DNA from: Amoeboradix gromovi X-113
Taxonomy: Eukaryota; Fungi; Sanchytriomycota
NCBI GenBank assembly: GCA_018985225.1
Contig: JADGIF010000292.1
Coordinates: 1 to 11,497 of the forward strand
Length of the DNA stretch: 11,497 nucleotides
Direction: 5' to 3'
Shown here: positions 1 to 7,175 of the stretch, piece after piece
How the letters are laid out: the number at the start of each line of letters is the position of its first letter
How positions within the stretch are numbered: the stretch's first letter is position 1
Program-made: the position numbers and the translations under genes
Notes under the pieces: generated by a model
Databases searched by the model: none
What the model was told of the DNA's origin: nothing
The model's input: the letters and a program-made list of their open reading frames with translations, nothing else

Positions 1-78
1 TGGTATATTTAAACATACTCTTACTTATAAGTTTTTCTTTTTGAGACTTTACTTTGAAAGTCGGTATTCTTTTCGCAA
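1..78 (+). mobile_element. Right end of a putative Fanzor/TnpB-like element, copy 1, truncated by the window edge; candidate omegaRNA scaffold 3' part
   Basis: 78/78 identical to 4134-4211, which follows a decayed TnpB/Fanzor-like C-terminus. It carries the same last codons TGG TAT ATT TAA (1-12) and a hairpin GACTTT(45-50)/AAAGTC(57-62). Identity stops abruptly after TTTTCGCAA. Confidence 0.65.
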
Positions 79-160
79 TGTCCCAAGTTCATAGATCGCT
101 TTAGGTTGATCTGAAATTCACAGCACTGATACAAGATGATTTCACCGTATTTACTGTAGA

Positions 161-583
161 TTATAAACGTCTTTGTTTTGGGGCTCGACACCCTCCAAAT
201 TGAAAAGGTGTTGTATCTTCTATCTTTCCTACTTTTATGTTTAAAAGCCGCAACGCTTGCATCGAAGCTTCTCTCCCCGGACCAAACCCTTTTAATTTTA
301 AATGAATGAACTGACCGTCTAGCTTGATACTTGTTTTCTTGAAATACTGATTAATGACATCTGTCGTAGCCTCAAAAGCAGGCTCAAATCCACTCCTTCT
401 TGCTTTCTTGTAAAACCTTCCACCGCTACTAGTACAAGCTACTTTATCGTCCTTAGTTAATGCAACAGTAGTATTATTTCTAGTAGCTTTAACACATATT
501 CCATAATTAATCCTTTTCGAGTATTTTGCTGTGTGATCAAGCAGCCCGCTGATACCGCTTTTGTAAAGTTTTAAAGAAGTCAT
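161..583 (-). CDS. Mitochondrial small-subunit ribosomal protein uS11m (S11 family)
   Basis: S11 motifs ATRNNT, S(S)GG-FYKKARRS, LKGFGPGRE and IEDTTPFQFGGCRAPKQRRL. Bacterial-type S11 with a basic N-terminal extension in a eukaryotic context. Confidence 0.92.
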   Translation of the reverse strand: MTSLKLYKSGISGLLDHTAKYSKRINYGICVKATRNNTTVALTKDDKVACTSSGGRFYKKARRSGFEPAFEATTDVINQYFKKTSIKLDGQFIHLKLKGFGPGREASMQALRLLNIKVGKIEDTTPFQFGGCRAPKQRRL

Positions 584-609
584 ATCTCTTTTACCTTCAG
601 GGAGTAAAA

Positions 610-1827
610 ATGCAACACGACTTGAAAAATCTGAAGAAAATATTACAAAGCATGGGAAACCCTCAAAATAAACTTAAAGTGATCCAAATAGCAGGAACCA
701 ATGGGAAAGGAAGTTGTGGATTTTTGCTCTCCAGTCTTTTACGACAGTCACAATATTATTTTAAAAATCCTGTTGTCGGTTGGTTTCATTCACCAGCAAT
801 GTTCAAAAATCATGACATTCAGGTTAATAACATTTCCGTTGATACCGAGATAGTAGAAAAACATGCTAGAAGTCTTAAGCAGTACAAAGACGACTTGCTT
901 TCCGCGTTTGAGAGACGTGTAGTAATCGCTGTTCTTGTATTTATTCAATTTGAATGCGATATTTGTATTTTTGAATGTGGTTTGGGTGGTATGTATGATG
1001 CTACTAGTATATTTAAAGCAAAAGAAATGGCAATAGTCACTAAAATTGGGCTCGACCATCAGGACGTACTTGGTATGACACTAAAAGAGATATCTACTCA
1101 TAAATTTAGCATAGCAAATAACTGCAAATTTGCCATAACTACTGAAGACCAACCATCGGAAGTTATTGATTACAACTCCATGCTAGAGAACAAAGCTACC
1201 CTTGTTCCCGTTGCAACTATAGTAGAGGCTAGAAAGTACTCTTTTAAGTGGAAATATAAAAACCTGGTAGTTTCTACAAAGCTGTTGGGATCTCATCAAG
1301 GTGTAAATGTCTCACTAGCGTTAGAATCTACCCTTCTTTTAAAACAGTTTGTTTTTGATTACAACTGCATAAAGGATATTGTATGGGTAGGTAGGCTGCA
1401 GTATCTCAGGTACAAAACTAATGAAATTTTACTGGATGGATCACATAACTTGGACTCCATTTCTGCTTTAAAGGAGTACGTTGATTCGTTTTTAAAGAAC
1501 GAGCAACTGATAATTGTATTCTGCACTAGTGGTAAGAACAAGAACGCCGAGAAGATGTTGGACATTTTACAAAATGGTAGGAACGACGAAGTCTTTCTAT
1601 CCTCATTTGAGATTCCAATAGATGTTCCTTGGGTTGAAAAAACACCAATTCAAAATTACGGAAAATACAAGATAAACAGGAGCATAAGATTAGAAAATAT
1701 TGAAGACATAGAAGAAATTTCGAACAGAACCGTTTTGGTTTGTGGTTCTTTGTACTTTGTTCGAGAAGCATTATTATTGTTTCAAAGTCGCAAGCAGGCT
1801 GTCTCGAAACAAATCTATCATGATTAA
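610..1827 (+). CDS. FOL3: Dihydrofolate synthase / folylpolyglutamate synthase (FolC family, Fol3-like)
   Basis: P-loop IAGTNGKGS, FHSP, FECGLGGMYDAT, IGLDHQDVLG, GRLQ, LDGSHN and VCGSLY. The short N-terminus (MGNPQNKLKV) resembles fungal Fol3. Confidence 0.88.
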   Translation: MQHDLKNLKKILQSMGNPQNKLKVIQIAGTNGKGSCGFLLSSLLRQSQYYFKNPVVGWFHSPAMFKNHDIQVNNISVDTEIVEKHARSLKQYKDDLLSAFERRVVIAVLVFIQFECDICIFECGLGGMYDATSIFKAKEMAIVTKIGLDHQDVLGMTLKEISTHKFSIANNCKFAITTEDQPSEVIDYNSMLENKATLVPVATIVEARKYSFKWKYKNLVVSTKLLGSHQGVNVSLALESTLLLKQFVFDYNCIKDIVWVGRLQYLRYKTNEILLDGSHNLDSISALKEYVDSFLKNEQLIIVFCTSGKNKNAEKMLDILQNGRNDEVFLSSFEIPIDVPWVEKTPIQNYGKYKINRSIRLENIEDIEEISNRTVLVCGSLYFVREALLLFQSRKQAVSKQIYHD

Positions 1828-2495
1828 ATGTGTTTCATCATTTGAATACTTCTTTTTACTGTACTATTGTAGTTGAATAAAAACTCGATGTTTGTTTTTC
1901 TTGCCTCTAAAAATGTCTCCAACTTGACTGAGCCAGAATACATGTCAAATATTAAGAAATCGCCAAGCAATACAGAGCACACTCTTCTGTGTTCGTAACT
2001 GGTACAGTGATAAAATAGTGATATTTGGTGCAAGTACAGGAAAATGCGTTGGTTGAATCTAGCGAAGCTGCACAAAGTGCGGGTATTTTAAAATATCAAA
2101 TTTGAGACGTCTGTCAACTGTCAGTTATAAGCAGACAGAGAGATCATGGCTGCAAGGAATACATACTCGAAGTTTATACATCACTAATTCAACCTTGCCC
2201 TAGGGCAGTAGAAGCTTGAGAAATCAATGTAACAGAGTGGTTGGCTTTGCCACTTTTTCTGTAGAAATTCCCGGATTCTGCCGTAAATCAGGACTTCAAT
2301 GAAGAAAAATTAGTTCTTAAATTTCACCATTACTAGATACATCTTGCTGAGAGTTCCATAATATCGCCTTAATGATGCTGATCATTATGTGTTTGCAAGA
2401 TCATGCTTGGCGTATAGGGTGATGACGCTATGCCGCTTATTGGCCAAGACATTTGTCAACAAAACACAAGATCAAGTAACGGCACAAAGGAGTGC

Positions 2496-2503
2496 TATAA
2501 ATA
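2496..2503 (+). promoter_or_regulatory. Candidate TATA box of the 2525-2785 gene
   Basis: TATAAATA ends 21 nt before the ATG. The same TGCTATAAA context occurs at 5661-5669, upstream of the homeobox gene. Confidence 0.45.
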
Positions 2504-2524
2504 GCAACAAATACACATATTAGC

Positions 2525-2785
2525 ATGTTGTATTCACTCGCTCTTGCATTAGTAGCACCTGTACCAGTAGGACCACCTCAAGGAATAACTCTGCCGGATT
2601 TTAAAAATGGCAAGGTGCCTGCACCAGTGTTCAAAGAACCTGGACTAGCTGCAGAAACCATAAAGAAATTTGGGCTGCCATCCATAGCAGATATAGAGAA
2701 TGGAAGTGCACCAAAAGGTGTAAAGCCGGATTCAAAGTTTGCTCCGACTGATGCAGAAAGACCTCAAATGATGAGTCCTCAATAA
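2525..2785 (+). CDS. Small secreted Pro-rich hypothetical protein (86 aa)
   Basis: Hydrophobic N-terminus MLYSLALALVA followed by APVPV, typical of a signal peptide. Upstream TATA box; AATAAA overlaps the stop. No family recognised. Confidence 0.7.
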   Translation: MLYSLALALVAPVPVGPPQGITLPDFKNGKVPAPVFKEPGLAAETIKKFGLPSIADIENGSAPKGVKPDSKFAPTDAERPQMMSPQ

Positions 2786-2800
2786 ACGTTATTAATCGAT

Positions 2801-3490
2801 TTATTTTGTTGCGTTTACAATATATCCTTGATGAGTACATATCGATCTGCTTTTTATGTTCATTATATATCTCATTATGCAGTTCACAGCCTTCAATCCC
2901 AGAGATTGAAAGTTTTCAATCTCAAATTTATCTAAAGATAATATTTCGATATCTCTACTAATGCAATATTTTACAAGATGTTGAGGAGGAACACAGCAGT
3001 ATTCCAGCTGTATATAATTGTATTTTGGAAGTTTTGCGTTTTCCTTGCGGAATGCCATTTGTTCTTTGAGGACGCTCAGCTGGGATGGTGATAATTCAAA
3101 TACACCTATACTATCAATATAAGGACAAGATTCCACAAATGAGTACTGGTCTAAAAAATCAGTCATATCTCGCTCAGCATCCGTGTACAAACTACCAACA
3201 GTAGAAATGAGAACTGCGGTATCAATACGATCCAAATTCATAGTCTTCATGAAAAACTCAATAGAATCCCGAACAATTGCAGTGTCTTTATTAACCTTAA
3301 GAAACAGAGTTATGTCCAAATCCGATCTTTCAATTTTATTGAAGTGCTGTTCAACACTACCAATTACATCCAGGTTGCTACTATTTGTATCTACAATATA
3401 TTTAATTATATCATCAATCTTACTGGTTCCCTGTAGCTCATTTAATTGAGCACTCCTGGAATTAAGTAAATTTCCAGTCAGAATCCACAT
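2801..3490 (-). CDS. GCLM: Glutamate-cysteine ligase modifier (regulatory) subunit, aldo-keto-reductase-like fold
   Basis: N-terminal LTGNLLN, IGVFELSPSQL and YNYIQLEYCCVPPQHLVKYCISRDIEILS parallel the GCLM motifs TGNLLNW, IGxSDL and NQVNLASCCVMPPDL...DIQLLTH. The C-terminal RY...IKSRSI...GYIV also fits. Confidence 0.85.
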   Translation of the reverse strand: MWILTGNLLNSRSAQLNELQGTSKIDDIIKYIVDTNSSNLDVIGSVEQHFNKIERSDLDITLFLKVNKDTAIVRDSIEFFMKTMNLDRIDTAVLISTVGSLYTDAERDMTDFLDQYSFVESCPYIDSIGVFELSPSQLSVLKEQMAFRKENAKLPKYNYIQLEYCCVPPQHLVKYCISRDIEILSLDKFEIENFQSLGLKAVNCIMRYIMNIKSRSICTHQGYIVNATK

Positions 3491-3536
3491 GACTCCTTTT
3501 GTAACAGAAATTTACATAACTTGTGGAAGATCATCA

Positions 3537-4145
3537 ATGAAAAGTAAAGTGGAGAGGAGTGAAGACAGAAAGAAAAAAGAAAATAGTAATATGATGTCTA
3601 AACCAAACAAAAAGGTAGCAAAAACATATTGTTAGAATTTTATGGGATCAATATACTAACGCTAGAAAGCTCAACAAACATGGGCCAGTACCGTAGAACT
3701 TGTCTTGGATAACATGCTTGCTGCGAAGATAAAATGCGATGATATTGAAAGAAGAAAACACAGGATATGAGAAAGCGAAAGAACTTGGCCAAAAAAGAAA
3801 TTTATTCTGTTGACGCAATCATCAGCACAGCAATGGTGATTCTTAGGTTATTCCTGATAAGAAACTGATCCTGTCATTTGGAAGAGATATATTAGTGTCA
3901 CTTACCCCAAGTATAATACTTGCAAATCGTAATGTAGCTGTCGTGGAAACGATGGCAAGTTTAAGAGCATTCCGCGAACTAGCAGAGATATACGATTCCA
4001 TAAAGGTGGGAGGACTGGCTCAGTCTTCGATAGCGATGTGAATGCGCATTACAATTATCTTCTAGACAGAGGGCCCACTGAGCAATCAAGTAAAAACCGG
4101 CGAACAAGAAGGATATGTTATCCACAGAATACATGGTATATTTAA
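3537..4145 (+). pseudogene. Decayed Fanzor/TnpB-like RNA-guided nuclease ORF (C-terminal RuvC-II / zinc finger / RuvC-III region)
   Basis: Manual translation gives VIPDKKLILS[frameshift]KRYISVTYPKYNTCKS*CSCRGNDGKFKSIPRTSRDIRFHKGGRTGSVFDSDVNAHYNYLLDRGP...WYI* (3882-4145 in one frame, internal stop at 3930). Order and spacing match the family pattern V..vDEyxTSkxCsxC ... (w/f)dRDxNAaxN. It has several stops and frameshifts, and no RuvC-I motif is visible. Confidence 0.62.
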
Positions 4146-4211
4146 ACATACTCTTACTTATAAGTTTTTCTTTTTGAGACTTTACTTTGAAAGTCGGTAT
4201 TCTTTTCGCAA
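4134..4211 (+). repeat. 78-bp exact direct repeat of positions 1-78
   Basis: Base-by-base comparison, 78/78 identical. Confidence 0.97.
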
Positions 4212-4304
4212 CATAATAATTTTACAAAACCACATTTTTTTATTTTGCGCAGTATGCAACATTTAAGTGCAATCATGTCCTTTCCTTTGAACAACTAGAC
4301 TTTC

Positions 4305-4838
4305 TTAAATAGGTGGGCTTGGTGTCGAATTTTTGTTATAGCTAGTTGGCAATCCATTGTTTTGAGATTTTGTTTCCCTTCGAATAATATAAGCTATTAA
4401 TACGATAATAAAGCTGGTGGGCACTAATACATATGCAGTATTTAATGGCGTCCAAAATCCTGTATATTCATCTTCTACCTCAGGTGTCACGGCATTTTTC
4501 TGCGTGTGTGGATCCGTAGAATTGTCATTCTCATTGCTTAAAGTATTATTAACTATTGGATTATCAGAAAAATTTGGTGCTGGCTGCTGGTTTGGACTGT
4601 TAGGTGTCAGATTGTTAGATGGGTCAATAGGCGATCCCTGTGCACTCGGACGGTCTTTTCTTTGTGCAGAGTTTGCGTTCGTACCTGAATTAGACGTGGG
4701 CAACTCGGGCCCAGCATTAGGCAATTGTTGCCCGGATACATTGACATTAGAAAGTGAAACCCCACCTAAATACTTAGAAACCGCGTCTACAATATCTGAA
4801 AATTGAAGTGTAAAAATGATCAAATGGAAAATGAACAT
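4305..4838 (-). CDS. Hypothetical type I single-pass membrane protein with a low-complexity N/S/P-rich ectodomain
   Basis: Hydrophobic N-terminus (MFIFHLIIFTL), disordered middle region, transmembrane segment AYVLVPTSFIIVLIAYII followed by RR, and a short cytosolic tail. Confidence 0.75.
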   Translation of the reverse strand: MFIFHLIIFTLQFSDIVDAVSKYLGGVSLSNVNVSGQQLPNAGPELPTSNSGTNANSAQRKDRPSAQGSPIDPSNNLTPNSPNQQPAPNFSDNPIVNNTLSNENDNSTDPHTQKNAVTPEVEDEYTGFWTPLNTAYVLVPTSFIIVLIAYIIRRETKSQNNGLPTSYNKNSTPSPPI

Positions 4839-5722
4839 GATGTTGAGTTGAGAATGGTTTTAATTTGTAGTAGCTGCAAGCGTTATGAAAGGATTGCGCC
4901 AATTAGAATCACTGTGTAATTACTGATTGGATAGGAGATTAATTGATCACGAATATAAACCGTTTAATAAAGACAAAATTTGTTACTAAAATAGACGCTG
5001 GCACTTTTACTCTCTATTTTTCAAACCATTAATATCTATAGTCACCGTCTCTCATTTTAACACTTTTGATTGAAATCTAAGAAATTTTCAAAAACCCGTA
5101 ATTTGCAATTGATACTCATGCTGGTGATTAACTTGACAAGTAAGACCTCAATATAAAACCTAAAATAAGCATTTGCAGAACAGCTTAGGTAATATTAAGA
5201 ATAATAAGTTTATTTATCTACTTAGCATAAAGTAGATTGCTTTTGAGTTTTTAACCAATTCATCATCGGTAGAAATAGCGGAACAAAATTTTGCAGCATC
5301 TGAGTATCATTTAATCACAATAGATGGTTAATTCGATTAAAATTGATAGCTGCCTGGAAAGAAATAAAAATCAAAGTAACTTACGGATCCTCGCCAGATT
5401 AATTCAATGACATTGAAGAATTCGCCATGTCAATGCGAATACGCAATACTTTTACAGAAGTTGGTTGGTTAGCTTATAAAGTGGGTGTTCCAAATGTTGA
5501 TCATTTAGATAAAGTTTTTAATGATGTTAGCTGACCAATTTTCTCAAGCTAAGGATGATGGAATCTCCTTGAGAACTTGTCAAAGCTCACTTTTTAAAGT
5601 AGGCGTTTAATAGATACGTAACTAATTGTCTTTAATGTCAGAATCGGGTTCTCAGTTCTTTGCTATAAAATTCTCAAAAATCAACCGAGAAGCCTGAACA
5701 CGTCAGTTACCCATTGTATCAA

Positions 5723-6286
5723 ATGTCCAGAACTTACCTATCCAGTGAGTTTCAAAAAAAAAAAAGGAATAAGTTTAGCAAAGAACAAACACGAATTCTT
5801 GATGAGCACTTCGCAAAACACGATCAAATTAGTATTCATGAGAGAGAAAAGTTAGCTGAGTGTGTGGGACTAACAAGTCGCGAAGTTCAGGTATGGTACC
5901 AGAACAAGCGCGCTAAAGTAAGCAGAATTCAGAGGGGTGCACCAGAAAACTTGGAAGCTAGAAAACGTCAAATGATAAATGTTAGAGTTCGTAAAACTTC
6001 ATCGGGTATAATAGTATTACCCTCACCTATTTCACCTAGCAACATGGGTGTTACCTCAGAATCTTTGTCCAACTCACTTCAAAGCTATCCGGAATCACTA
6101 TTTCACGATATAAAATGGATGGTTGACAAAGCGCTGCCCTCTTTGAACATGGTTTCTACCGTAATGCCATATTCTGGTCCAGAATTAAACCGTGTCAGTA
6201 GCGACAACCGGTCTACACAAGCCAATGCTCTAATTACAGATTTTTTTGAAAATGATAAGGAGGACGATCTTTTTAATCATTTCTAG
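5723..6286 (+). CDS. Homeodomain transcription factor (Q50 type)
   Basis: KKKRNKFSKEQTRILDEHF...ERE.LA..VGLTSREVQVWYQNKRAK is a canonical 60-aa homeodomain. The first ATG is at 5723 (the ORF-track start 5714 is TTG). TATAAAA at 5664-5670 and AATAAA at 6306. Confidence 0.92.
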   Translation: MSRTYLSSEFQKKKRNKFSKEQTRILDEHFAKHDQISIHEREKLAECVGLTSREVQVWYQNKRAKVSRIQRGAPENLEARKRQMINVRVRKTSSGIIVLPSPISPSNMGVTSESLSNSLQSYPESLFHDIKWMVDKALPSLNMVSTVMPYSGPELNRVSSDNRSTQANALITDFFENDKEDDLFNHF

Positions 6287-6601
6287 ATGTACTCAACAGC
6301 TTTTCAATAAAAAGTTTTTTTAAATTCTAATTCTCGTAATTAATAATCGTGCTTTCCTAGAAACCAACAAAGCCAGTGCATTCTATCGTGGCTACTCACG
6401 CTTTCACCACCCTGAAGCTGGATTCATCAAGGATGCATTTGAGTGTATGAGACCCATACAGACAAATTGTCATCGTTTATAAGTGGGAAGAACACCTGAA
6501 AACCACACTAAATAACACATTATCATTAATTAATCATCCCTAAAAGAACAAAGAAACATAAAACCCAGACAATAATTCAAAATTACCACATCCAAAACAA
6601 C

Positions 6602-7020
6602 TGGGACATCAAATATAAAGACTAGACTAACTTTCTGAAATAGTTTGAATCATTAAATCAAGTGTGTATTAACCGATAGTAAACTAAATTAAATTAATCT
6701 GACTAGTTCAAGTAAATTATTTTAGTATAAAAGCTTTTCATCCATCAAAATCTTGGAAACAATGATTAGTAAGAAGAAGAGAATACAGAAAATAAGTTAT
6801 ACGAAAGGCGGTAAGAAGAAAAATGAAAAGGAACAGATAAGACACCCAAAGACCTTATTTGAATGAGATAGCAGGTCATCTTGTTTATTTTAAAGAGGAG
6901 AATGACATAAATGAAAGAAGATTCGTTTGGAAGAAGGACTTTTATTAGTAACAGTATTTCCTCTATATGGAGCACCTCCTTTTAAGACGACTTGGTCTAG
7001 TTTTTATATTTGGTGTCCCA
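6602..7020. mobile_element. MITE-like non-autonomous DNA transposon with ~30-bp terminal inverted repeats
   Basis: Left TIR TGGGACATCAAATATAAAGACTAGACTAAC (6602-6631) matches the reverse complement of 6991-7020, TGGGACACCAAATATAAAAACTAGACCAAG, at 26/30. The interior is AT-rich, and a second copy starts at 11391. Confidence 0.8.
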
Positions 7021-7175
7021 TACAAGATGTGTTTATTAGTTAACATTACTGAATAAAAAAAGCAAGCTGAGAAGTTTGTGCTTCAATGAATGATACCAAT
7101 ATCAAAAGAGTGAAAGGTGTCAATCAACGGCTTTAGCAATGATTTTATCAGCATTAGAGAAAAATATAAGATGAT

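Larger units (their letters stand above)
3521..4211 (+). mobile_element. Putative non-autonomous Fanzor-derived element, copy 2 (left boundary tentative)
   Basis: The right end is fixed by identity with 1-78. The left end is inferred from flanks CATAAC (3515-3520) and CATAAT (4212-4217) and weak terminal complementarity (TTGTGGAA ... TTTCGCAA). Confidence 0.5.

Noticed and set aside
79-85. The putative guide of copy 1 begins TGTCCCA, identical to the TIR terminus (7014-7020; reverse complements at 6602-6608 and 11391-11397), suggesting the Fanzor might target the MITE
   Set aside because: The match is only 7 nt and breaks down afterwards. The three hits are copies of one repeat, so chance is sufficient.
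790-1771. Antisense ORFs 790-1059, 1359-1565 and 1526-1771
   Set aside because: Shadow ORFs opposite Fol3 with no recognisable motifs.
1824-2075. 83-aa minus-strand ORF
   Set aside because: Non-ATG start and no recognisable similarity. It could be a decayed fragment, but there is no support.
2196-2207. 12-bp perfect palindrome TGCCCTAGGGCA
   Set aside because: Isolated, with no second copy or context to support a function.
3537-3932. In-frame TAA/TAG codons in the relic could be read as Gln under an alternative nuclear code
   Set aside because: Host genes here end in TAA/TAG, and the relic also has a TGA and frameshifts, so ordinary decay explains it.
1-4211. The 78-bp repeat interpreted as a CRISPR repeat or LTR pair
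   Set aside because: There are only two copies, 4.1 kb apart, with no spacer array and no gag/pol between them. The intervening DNA is host genes plus the relic ORF.
6324-6482. 52-codon open stretch (…AFYRGYSRFHHPEAGFIKDAFECMRP…) between the homeobox gene and the TIR element
   Set aside because: No early ATG and no family I can recognise. It may be a relic, but a BLASTx hit would be needed.
6766-6975. 69-aa hydrophobic minus-strand ORF
   Set aside because: It lies inside the TIR element, has a non-ATG start and reflects the complement of purine-rich sequence.
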